A stretch of DNA of 64,000 bases from the human T2T-CHM13v2.0 reference genome, Homo sapiens, in the NCBI RefSeq assembly GCF_009914755.1, contig NC_060936.1; one strand, given 5' to 3'. The translations under genes and the position numbers were made by a program. Under the pieces are notes generated by a model that saw only the letters and a list, made by a program, of their open reading frames with translations, was not told the origin of the DNA and made no database searches. Positions 14,348-25,897 of this stretch are shown in pieces (position 1 is the stretch's first letter; the number at the start of each line of letters is the position of its first letter).

Positions 14348-17300
14348 ATGAATATTAATGAGAGAAAGACGTTCTCTTAGTTAAGCATCTGTCTCAAAGA
14401 TTGTATAAGAATATCAACAGTACTTAAGAAATTACCTTGAGTTTGAGTTCCAAAGAAATCATTCATAAAAGGTGTACAAAAGGGTTATATTCAAAATATT
14501 GGAAATGAGCTCAGCACATGCTGACCAATCAGAATCCATATGGGCTACAGCCTGAAGCAGGAACCTGAATGCCCCAGGAGATGACAGGCATTGGCCCTGT
14601 GCTAGAATGAGATTACATGTATTGGCCCTTTGCTGGAATTCGGGAAGCTGTAAAGTGGCTGAGGGGCTGCAGGACAACAGAGGAGGGTGGAGACGTGAGA
14701 CTAGCCTAGGGCAGCAGCTACTCACTATTATGGAAGTACTTTAACATGTTAACAACAGCTATGACCATGCTGGTGTCTGTCTCTAAGAACAGTCAGCATG
14801 CCTCTGAGGAATTATTTTCTAATTCAATTTATCTCTAAAGCTTAAAGATAACTTTAGCTCACAGAAAATGTCATTTAAGAGAAAATCTTTGGCCTTGACT
14901 TTTCCATGTAAAGAATAGTATCAATTAAGCTTTAGTAGTATACTATCAATGAATGATCCTTCATAAGGCAATTTATGCTACTGTTTATAGAAGAACTGGT
15001 TTCCTTGGAATTATCTAAAGTGTTATTTACTTATAGAAAGCAAGCAGAACCAACGACAACATGCTATGTGTCTCATTAGTTTCAACCACAAACTTGAAAT
15101 GCATCCTCCTAGATATATTTTGTTAAGTACACACTTTTGGACTCTACTTTCCTTAGCAGAAAATGAATCTAATCATTATCCATAAAATTCACATTAGTTG
15201 TTCTGAAACAGCTGGGTTGCCATAGTTTGTGGCATATTGTGAGTTGTTATTGCCAGTTCACTAGGGAATAATTGATATAAGAGGCATAAGCTGTGTCAGT
15301 CCTCGCTCTCTCTCTCTTGCTTCTTTTTATAACTTCCAATGTTCTAAAATGGTTAGCACCATTACAGAGAGTCCAGTCTCTTGAGATTTTCCTAAGCCAT
15401 ATTGACAAATATTCTTTTCTATTTCTCCTTTCCTTTCATGAACACTGGTTGTATACAAAGAAAAGAAAATCATATAAAGGGAAGGAAAAACATGCTTGAA
15501 TAAGAAACCAGATTTCATTGTTTATTTTGAAATTACCTACGTTTGACATTAAAAAATGAGGGCTTTATCAGTCTACAAACTGGACACTAATAAGTCAAAA
15601 AAAAGAGGAGGAAAACAATAGTATGATGTCAACAATGCTGAGTTTTAAAATGATATTGAAATAAAGCATTCTCATTGTTCAAGTGAAACTAAAATAATTT
15701 GAGTGCAATTAAAATAATACCACAAAAATAAAATAATTTCACATTACCTTTCTCTTAAGTATTTTATAAATGAAATAAAACTGACTAGATCAGATGAAAT
15801 TTATTTATTAAAAGTGAAATAAAACTGCCTTAGTATTTTACTTATTGTTTCAAAAAAGATAGCCCTCTATATCCATTTATTATTATAAGGAATTCCCCAT
15901 ATTTATCCATTCTTTATATTTAACCTCTCTTTTCAACTAAGCAGAGGTACACATACTGTGGCTTATATAAATAAATATTATCTTTTTAGAATGTGAGGGG
16001 AAAGGGTTGGTCTAGGCAAACTATATATTTTGTATGTATGAATAGATGATGGAATTCTAACACATGCATTCCAACATTTATTATATGAGCTATGTACTGA
16101 CAGGAATTATAAAACCATTTTATATTTCCTCCTTTTACTTCCTGTCATACTATTCTTTTTATAACTAGAAAATATCTAGAATCTTTTTCTTCTTTTGTGC
16201 CTTTCTTATGTAGTTCTTTTAAACAAAATAAGCCCTCAGTGCAACTATCTCCTCCCTGAACTCTTATCTAATTCTTGTCAGAATTAAAATCTCCTTTTGC
16301 ATTCCTCACACCTCCATTTGGCTTTTTTTTTTCTCTTCATTCTCTTAGTTGTCCTACTTAGCCCTTTTGAGAACAGGTAGTATGTCTTTTATTCCATCTT
16401 ATTCCCAATAATAACCATCAAGTGAATATTGAGAAAATGTAATTTTTCTATATACTTGGAGAAAACACAAGGTGCAACAGAATTTGTTAAATATCTATTA
16501 TAAGAATGCTTTTATACATAGTAATAGAAAACTGAGTCCTTCCACTCTCTACTTTCGGTACATGATAATTCACAAATCATTGGAGAAAGCCCTACAAATC
16601 TGCTTAACCGGAGCGGGGTGAGGAGATAGAGGATGTATTTACCAAGATTCCTGATCTGCAGCACACACAGGAGCATTGGATGTCAGAGCAAACACGACTC
16701 CACAGGCTCGCACTCAGTCAGAGAGGATGTCAAGGCAACACTCATACCTCAGCCTTAACAACCAGACCTGCAGGCAGCTGGAATATTTTTCTTAGTCGTC
16801 TTAGACAATGCAATACAGGGGAAATGCCTTCTGAGCAAATCTGAGTTCTAGTCTCATTTCTACTATTAAATGATAAAGACCAGTTTCTTCAGGTTTCTGT
16901 GACTTGTTTCTCTAAAAAGACAGACTGAAGAGGATAGAACCTGATGGCCTTTTTTAGCCCTTCATTCTTAATGTATTATCCCTCCATGTGTTGCTAAGCC
17001 ATTCGAAAGAAGTTGATTATAAACCTAGCTCAGCCGCCAAATCGACTGTTTCTGTGCACATGTGCTCCAACTTGACCTTCTCTTCTGTTATGGTGGATGA
17101 ACTGCCTGTGCTCCTGAGACGAACTCTTCCAGCAATTCACTGGACTCCAGCCTTTCTCCCCTTTTTCTTATACCATCTTTCATATCATCATACAACACAC
17201 ATTTTTATCTCATCTTCAAAAAATAACTTACATTCCCTTTTTTGACCTCATTTCACTCCATTTCTCTCTTCCTTAAAATTAACTTTTTCAAAAGAATCGT

Positions 17301-18719
17301 TTACTGTCAGTCTTTTCCCTTTCTCTCTCTGCTCTCTCTTGAAGATACTCATCTCAGGCCTTAACCTCCCCAAAACCCTACTGGAACTGCTCTTATCAAG
17401 ATGAACAAAGAACTGCATGTTGCTATAACCCACGTTCAATTCTGAGTCCTCATCAGCACAGTTGATGGAATTATTTCACATCCTCTTTTCTGAGACACTT
17501 TCTGCATTCTTTTCAGTATGAGTGAAGAAACTCCATATTTCTATAATTTCAGTCCAATTGTGTCTTGCTATTTCTTTGCATCCCAAAAAGGTATTTACAG
17601 AGCAATGGACAAGTACTCACTGGTATTTACTTATTGAATATTTATTGTGCTTGAAGATGTGAAACATGCAAAATTGAGCCAGACATTAGTTTTGCCATAA
17701 GGAGGTTAAAATACGGAGGGAGAAATAAGACAGTGAAGTGAATGAATATGATGCAAGATAGAAAATGTAATTTTCTTAATATAACAGTAAATATTTATAT
17801 TGTAAATATAAATATTATTTTATAATTTTTAAATACATGTTATAAATATGTATAAATAAGACTTTAAAGAAAAGTATATATTTGGTGCTCCTGGAGTTCA
17901 GAAGAAAGAGAGATTATTTCTATGTGAGGTTTTCAGGCAGCCTTCATGAAGAAGGTAGATGAAGCATTGGAAGAATTTGGATGTACAGAGACAGCAGAGA
18001 AAGGCATTCAATAAATGGAAGAAAGAGGAAACAGTTTGAATAAATGTAGAAAGGAGGAAAAGTATAGGACAGGCCCCAGAAATAGCAGAGACAGAGGTCT
18101 CTTCCTTGTGTTCAGCATGCTGTGAGAAAATATCTTTAAGATTTTTTAAAGCCCTTTTGTCTGGTTTAGAAGGCCTATCAGACATCAAGCTAAATTATTC
18201 TGTGGTCTCAACAAAGGCTTTCATAGCCACACACTTATTGATCTTTACCTACAGTCATTTCTTTCTTTGGGAATATTTTACTGGCTGGAGAGACTGAGGA
18301 TGAGAAACAGTTTGATATTCCAACTCAGTCAGTCCAAGAACTTCTATCTTCTTTCTAAATTCTTTTTTTTTCAACTGTACTTTTCTTTGTTTAGTTTATT
18401 TCTCTTCTCCTATAACATTATACACAATTTAAAGAGGTCAATATATTCAGTATTCTGCCCAGAAATCTTCTTTGTCAGATACACAAGTTCATTAGGTACA
18501 TTTTCTACCTTCCAAATTATTGGAGGCAATTGTACAAAACACGTGTGGCCATATTTTCAGCTTCCATTAACAATTTGTTCACCATCCCACAAGCTTTTAC
18601 TAACTTTTTACTATTTTTACAGCCTCTGCCCATTACTGGGTCTTAAAGCCAATGATAAATGATTTATATTTATGTCACCAATGGCATTGCATTTCTAACG
18701 TGCCATTGTAACACATTTT

Positions 18720-19250
18720 ATGTATTAGTTATTAGTTTCTGCATACTAAAAACCACTCAAAAATTTAGTGGCTTTAAAAAGTATTATTTCTTATTTCTTA
18801 TGACTCATTATTTCTTATGATTCTATGAGCTGACTGGGCAATGATTCTTGTTGGTCTTACCACTAATACGAGCATAAATTAGGATTGACGCATCTTATAG
18901 TCAGAAAGGAACCAGCTGTCAGTATGCTGTGGCTGGATGGTACAACAGGCCTCACTCTATGTCTGGAAACTTACCTAGGATGGCTGGAACCAGTGAAATG
19001 ACTAGATCTCTCTTTCTGTGTAGACTTCATCTCAGGCTTCTTTACATGATGGCCAAAGTGGTCTAAGAGGATAAAAGAGGAAGCTGCAAGGCCTCTTGAG
19101 GCCAGCTTTGCAAGCCACAGGTTGTGTACCTTGCATTTTATTAGTCAAAGCATTATGCAGGACCACCCAAATTCAAGGGGTGAGGAAGTAGACCCCACCT
19201 TTTGATGGGAGGACCTGTAAAGTATTTGTGGCCATTTTTAATCTATCACA
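18720..19250. mobile_element. MLT1-type MaLR LTR
   Basis: tgtattagtt...aaaatttagtggcttt...attcaaggggtgagg...tttaatctatcaca. Confidence 0.6.
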
Positions 19251-19910
19251 GTTAGAAACTCAGTGTATCCCCATGGAATAAAGATGTCTAAGTGAGCTGT
19301 CTAAACATTGAAAGCTGTGTGGCACTATTAGAACCCGAAGCATAGCATTACTTTCTGTGTAGCCATAGCCATATCAAAGACATACTGAAAGGAAGTGGGT
19401 AGTCATAATTATGTAGATCAACTTAGAAATCCAAAGCAAAAATTGGCGTGATATTCTTTTGTATAATAATAACAATATGTCCTACTATTGTAATTATGTC
19501 CTATATATATATATATATATATAATATGTCCTATTATAATTCAAATAGTCATTATAACTTTGAACTATTAAGTATATGTTTTTGATTGCCACAATGGTCA
19601 AGAATATCATCACTGATTAATAACAATAACAGTGAAAATAATAACAGTTGATACTTACTGAACATGTACCATGTACCAGTTCAATTAGAATTTTGAAAAG
19701 GAACACATAATTTTAAAACAGAATGTCAACCATCCTTACAATTCAATTCTTCTGAGTACACAATTTAACAAGAAGTTACATGCAAAAGTTTTCCTACTCA
19801 CCACGCAATTTTGAAGTTAAGCAACACGTTTCTAAGTTTGCTGATTGCATAACCTCCATAACTTCCCCAGGCATGTGCTGTTTCTAAGGACAAAACTAAG
19901 ATAATATTAG

Positions 19911-20395
<485 letters not shown>

Positions 20396-20618
20396 CTAAA
20401 ATATATTAGAAGAGCAAAAATTGTATTAATTTTTTTAAAATGATCTAATTCTAATGTTATGTTCAGTTTTAATGTTATCAATAAGTAAAATGGGAAATTT
20501 GTAGTTACTGCCAGATGAGATACCATGAAGTACTTAATCAAATGATGTTATGATATTTGAAACTTTCCATTAAGAAACACTGTATTCATGAAAAATACAG
20601 ACCATCAGTTCTACCCTT

Positions 20619-20721
20619 CTTAAATTGGAGCCAATCTGAAGTATGAAATTCTATATCCATTGCAACTGGGGAAATATCATTTTGAAACAGAGATATAGTG
20701 TCACGTTTGCTTAATATTATC
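20619..20721 (-). pseudogene. Exon 3 (GH31 N-terminal domain): RIILSKRDTISLFQNDISPVAMDIEFHTSDWLQFK
   Basis: 103 nt, phase 2 to 0, acceptor ctatag. Matches the SI/MGAM SLFGNDI...T.NRLRFK segment. Donor is lost (AAG|aagggt). Not present in the ORF track. Confidence 0.88.
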
Positions 20722-23091
20722 CTATAGATTAAACCAATTTTATTAGCTCAAAACATATTTATTTTTTACAAATGAATGTAGTTCTTTAGGTTAAAAGAAT
20801 ATTGATAAACAGAGAAATAAACAATTTATTCTAATGAGGAAAGGAAAATTAAAATTAAAATGTTTAAGTAAAAGCAAATGTAGATGTTAGATATTGAAAT
20901 GGTAATAAGAAAAATCTAATTCCCTTCACAGTGTATCTCCAAGAATAGGAAAAACTGCAACGATTAAAAAATTGGTCATCTAACTCTGATTTAATTGATT
21001 ACAATACAATCTTTTCTGTAGTAGAATGAAATAATGAACGGCAGTCTTTCTTCTAGTCATATTCGGTCAGTCGTCAACGACTTCTAAAAACTTGCCCTGG
21101 AAAGCATCAATGGGCAGCCACGGGTAATCGCTGAAGCTCCAGGCACAGCCTCTCTCCTCCTAGCGCTATCCTCCTTCCTCACCCTGCACAATTGTGTGTG
21201 AAATGGTCACTCACATCTCAGCTGCTGGAACCTCCAATCAACACCACCGTCACCACTGTCACCTCCATCACCACCACCCACTCACCCATTCCAACTAGCT
21301 TTCCAATTTCAGGTTCAAGGACAGAGGCCCATTTCCTCAGGTAAATTCTTAGTGAGGGCCACAAGTTTTAGTCTAGTGTGGCAAAGCTCCTCATATTGTT
21401 TTGCTCTGGAAGATTCTTTCCAAAGACCTGATTCACAAAGAATCCATTACGATTTGGGAGCTGTCTAAAATCAGTAAGCAAAATGATCCAATGGTAAAAT
21501 TGGGACATAATGAGCTCTCCCAGGCCCAGAATTAAGTGCCAGTCTAGGTATGCATTACAAATAAGCCAGAGGCAGCCCAGACTAGAAAGACGCTAACAAT
21601 CTGTCTTTGTGAATTGCTCGAAGTCCTTCTACCTCTTAGGCAATTCTGTTCCATTTAACCTCTGTTCCCAGTCAGAATTTAATTTGTTAATGATTTAATT
21701 TATCTGATATTTATTTATTTTATTCAGTTTTATGGTTCACTGCTCTTACTTTTCCTGAAATCTTTCTTTTAACTTCAAATTTTAATCAGTATTCAAAATG
21801 TTTCCCATAATGATCTCTGCTAAAATCTGTAAAAACTCAAACCAATGGCAAATTTAGAATAACAGAAAATAGCATATAATATAAGTTAGCTCAATCAAGT
21901 TCTATTTTCAAGTCTGTAAAATAGGCTGGTTTCCTCAAAGCAGAGGACTTTCAAGGTCCAGGAGCAATAAAAATGAAATGTAATGATATTTTTCTTTTCT
22001 TCTTTCAATTTGGAATTCATTGTATTTCTGAGACTACCCTGTTCTTTCCTATTATAAATCAGCTCCTCTCAGCCCAGATTTTACTCTTCTGCTTCTTGCT
22101 TGTGTCTCTATAGTCATTTTTTGCCTTTGTCCTTAAAGAGGATGGTCCTCCAAATCCCTTCTCCTAAGCATCATCATTCAATTTTACGTTACTGCCCAGT
22201 AAGAAATGTAATTATAAACAGATTTTGACACATTTCTCAAGCCCTGGTCATGCAATGTAAAGAGAAAATAGCTCATAGATTCCAAACAGAAATTGAAGTT
22301 AGCTTTCAGAACACTCTGCTCAGCTCCAACTAAGTAAATGCCACAATTTTATACATTCCATACATTTCCCAGAAAAATATCCAACATATCAAAATCGAGA
22401 ATCTAGTCTCCAAATATCAGTGCTTGGACAAATGTTTTAAGTGGCATTCGACATTAAATCTGGCTTTTCTCTTGAGAATCTTAACAAAAAATGAGTATCT
22501 TTTTTCTTATAGAAGTTAAACACAATATTTGTAATTGAGTTATTTTTGTACTTATTGATTAGAATAAGTACTCTGGTTACTTTAGAGTATGATTTCAGAT
22601 GTTATAAAATAGTTGCTGTTAAGGGTACTTTTCCATTCTTAGGTTTTTATGTCATTTCACTGAAAATTAAATGCTGTCTGATGCTTCACAAAAATATGCA
22701 AAAAGAGAAAGCTTTTTTTCAAAAGGTTTACATGATACCATAAACGACAAGAAGTTTACCTTAGCCCAACTTGTATGCAATGAGTCATCTCTCTACACAA
22801 AATAATGAGTCTTTCTGGCTATTTGGCAGGGCCCACACAACTGATTGAGAAAGAAGAAAAAGTGTAACCTCCTCTTCAACAATTGAGTTGACAATGATTA
22901 GGAAGCAAAAAGCCATGCATTTTTGGCTTTTTCATTCACCATGAAGGCTCTGCGTTCCCAGGCTATGGCAAACATAACTAGAATGTAATGTCTGAGGATG
23001 ACAGGTCATCCTGAACCAAATAAACCCACGAGCATAGATCAGAAATTTTAGATGAGAGAAATGCTTATTAAAAGTTCTTGAAAATATATAC

Positions 23092-23772
23092 CTCCATCCT
23101 GGATCTGTCTTTTCAGGTTGATCATTTATGGTGTAGCCATATGAACCATCTGCTGGGTAAAACCACCAAGGAATGTCGGTAGTGGTTGTGGAACACTGGA
23201 AGCAGCCTCTAGCTTCACAGCTTTCTTGAGAGGTTCCTGGTTGAGGGTGGCAATCAATGCGTTTCTGAATGGGAAACCGCATGGCACAAGCAGCCTCTTG
23301 TTTCCTAATGCTAAATGACGAGTTAATGGGTGCAGCACACCAACATGGCACATGTATACATATGTAACAAACCTGCACGTTGTGCACATGTACCTTAAAA
23401 CTTAAAGTATAATAATAATAAAATTTAAAAAAAATAAAAAATAAATAAATAAATAAAAATAAAAAAAAGAAAAAAAGAAAAAGAAGCAACATGGAACCTT
23501 ACTGTCAGCAACACACCAGTGACATCCACAGTTGGTACAGGAAACTTCATTTGCTCCTGACTCTGGATAACATTCAGTTTGTTCAGAGGACGCTGCCACA
23601 GAGCATGAGTCAATTTTCTCAAAACACCATGGGATGCCTGGCATTTTAGATGGAGACCAGCGGCAATTCCTGGCCAAACATCTGTCTTGGGAAACTCCAG
23701 GATCAGGGTGACAGTCCTAACGTAATTGGGCAGCTACAGATGCTGAGCATGAACTTGAACTAACTGGCTGGA
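23092..23772 (-). pseudogene. Exon 2: three tandem trefoil/P-type domains, interrupted by an L1 fragment
   Basis: Acceptor caattttag, donor GAG|gtatat. Translation: CSASVAAQLR*DCHPDPGVSQDRCLARNCRWSPSKMPGIPWCF / CSVAASSEQTECYPESGANEVSCTNCGCHWCVADSKVPCCF / [L1] / CAMRFPIQKRIDCHPQPGTSQESCEARGCFQCSTTTTDIPWWFYPADGSYGY. In-frame TAG at 23717-23719. Confidence 0.92.
23304..23482 (+). mobile_element. L1PA (about PA4) extreme 3' fragment inserted in pseudogene exon 2
   Basis: cctaatgctaaatgacgagttaatgggtgcagcacaccaacatggcacatg...aacttaaagtataataat plus A-rich tail. No clear TSD. Confidence 0.92.
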
Positions 23773-25401
23773 CTAAAATTGAACCAAGAAGGAAAGCAGG
23801 GCAGGGTAAATGAAAAGATAACCTGAAAACGTATTACAATCAAGACACTTGTAGAACTTAAAAAAAAAAAAGTATCTCTCAAAATACTTAGATTGCAAGT
23901 GGAATAGCTGGTGGATACAAAACAAGTACTATAAATTTGTCAGCCTGAGTAAAACAAAAACCTGTCCCTTAAAAATGCAGCACTAACATTTATTATTTAG
24001 TCACTTGTAATATTCTCAGCATGCACATATTTTATGGTTCCTCAATCTTAGTTGTCTACTCATTATCATCTTCTAAATATTACCAAATGGATTTCACAAA
24101 AGTCAACATAATTATTTCTTTCCTATTTGCTATGCCTTCCTTCATTTACGGAGTGGATACCAGTTATCAGGCTTCCAATAATAATACTGCCAAAATGTCT
24201 ATACATGCTTTCTCAAAGCTAACAGATACCAGACCTTCAAAAAAGCCATAATACTGATATATTTGTTCATCCCCTTTCTTCTGTGGCTTTCATTTTTTAA
24301 AAATCCTAGGTTTATGCTGCCAGTACTGATTATTTTCAGCAAATATCAGTGTTGATATTTGGGGGATTTTATTCTACTAATGTAATCAACTTCATGGATT
24401 ACTAATCTTTGTCCTCCATAAATTGAATACATTGGAATACAGATGCAATTCACTTATGCTCCAAAATCACAAAATTGAACATAGTCATGATTTAATTAAT
24501 ATTTTAATAGCAGTCACAAGCAACATTTGATCTCTTTTTGGTTCTGTTATAAATGATTTCTAAACTGTGTTTTCTGCAAGTAAGGTCCATGAAACACCTG
24601 CCTCAGAATTGGCTATCAAATTGATCCACATACCTTTTTGGGAAATAGGCACCGTCATATGTACATTGCTGATGGAGATAAAATATTGCACAATCCCTAG
24701 TAAGGGGAATTTAACAGTATCTATCAAACTACACATAACAACATGCCCATAAATGTGTACGTGCTCTCCAAAGCTGTCTGTAGCCATCTACCCCTAGGAA
24801 AAACATCACACATCCCCAGGGGTATGAAAATTGGAGTAAAAGGATCACTGCTCCATATTACATGATTGAATTGGAAATGCTTATTCTTACAATACTCCAA
24901 AAACAAAATGCCAACTTCAACTAATAGAAAACTTCATTCCCTCACTTCTGTTTCTCAAAATTCAAACCAACCAAATACTATCATTAAATGAATAGCTTCA
25001 TGCATAAACATCTAGCCCTCATCCTAACTTACCCTTATTGTTGCAATCATTTCAGTCTGTACTCAGGTTATTATGCTTTCTATCCTTTGTCTACATGAGC
25101 TTCTCATTCAATTTCTCCTATGTGTTACCAAAAGTCTCCTCACTGCCTCACTGCCCTTTTCCAGTTCTCCTTCCTTATTCTGCACCAACTGCAGGGATGT
25201 GTTCCTGGGGTCAACATGGCTCTGGGACTTTCAAGCTGTATGACTTTAGATAAGCCACTCAAACTTTCTAAGTTTTAGTTTGATCATATTTAAAACAGCA
25301 ATGGTAAAGCTTAGCTTATAAGTTTGATTATTGTCTAAGCTAAGGTAGAGCATATAGGAGTATATTAAAGACTAAGTGTTAGATAGGTGATTTACCAGTT
25401 C

Positions 25402-25698
25402 TTTTTTTTTTTTTTTTTGAGATGGAGTCTTGCTCTGTCTCCCAGGCTGGAGTGCAGTGGCGTGGTCTTGGCTGACTGCAACCTTCGCCTCCCAGGTTCA
25501 AGCAATTCTCCTGCTTCAGCCTCCTGAGTAGCTGGGATTACAGGTGGATGCCAACACGCCCAGATAATTTTTGTATTTTTAGTAGAGACGGGGTTTCACC
25601 ATATTGGTCAAGCTGATCATGAATTCCTGACCTCGTGATCCTCCCGCCTCAGACTCCCAAAGTGGTGGGATTACAGGCGTGAGCCACAGTGCCCAGCC
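25402..25698 (-). mobile_element. AluS in pseudogene intron 1
   Basis: Antisense Alu. TSD tac(c/t)agttctttt. Confidence 0.93.
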
Positions 25699-25772
25699 TA
25701 CTAGTTCTTTTAAAGTTTGTACTAATTTTGATTTTAAAAGTGTTAAAAATTATCAAAAGTTAAATTACTCAC

Positions 25773-25832
25773 CTGCCAGAACCATGGAACAAAAATGGAG
25801 GAGTCTTATGGCCTTCACTGTCCCAGGAAAGT
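25773..25832 (-). pseudogene. Exon 1: short 5' UTR plus signal-peptide-like coding, (M/V)KAIRLLHFCSMVLA
   Basis: Strong donor GCAG|gtgagt. Phase 1 matches exon 2, giving VKAIRLLHFCSMVLAVQPVSS-SSC (basic N-terminus, hydrophobic core, small residues). The GTG at 25816-25818 is probably the mutated ATG. It lies just downstream of the TATA box and Inr. Confidence 0.75.
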
Positions 25833-25897
25833 GATATTTGTTCATGGAATGTGATGTATTTATACAGAACTATTTGAATAAATTGTTTTGGCCTTGA
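25828..25897 (-). promoter_or_regulatory. Core promoter of the GH31 pseudogene: TATA box, Inr and NR5A (LRH-1/SF-1) site
   Basis: TATAAATA at 25857-25864 starts 32 nt upstream of the A (25832) in the Inr-consensus TCACTTT. TCAAGGCCA lies at 25889-25897. Confidence 0.65.

Noticed and set aside
19802-19883. AWGSYGGY resembling the S9 peptidase nucleophile motif
   Set aside because: Isolated short match lacking the G-x-S-x-G spacing, with no neighbouring peptidase exons.
22932-23677. ORFs of 186, 91, 87 and 65 aa as independent genes
   Set aside because: They are chimeras of pseudo-exon 2 and the L1 tail, or alternative frames of the same sequence.
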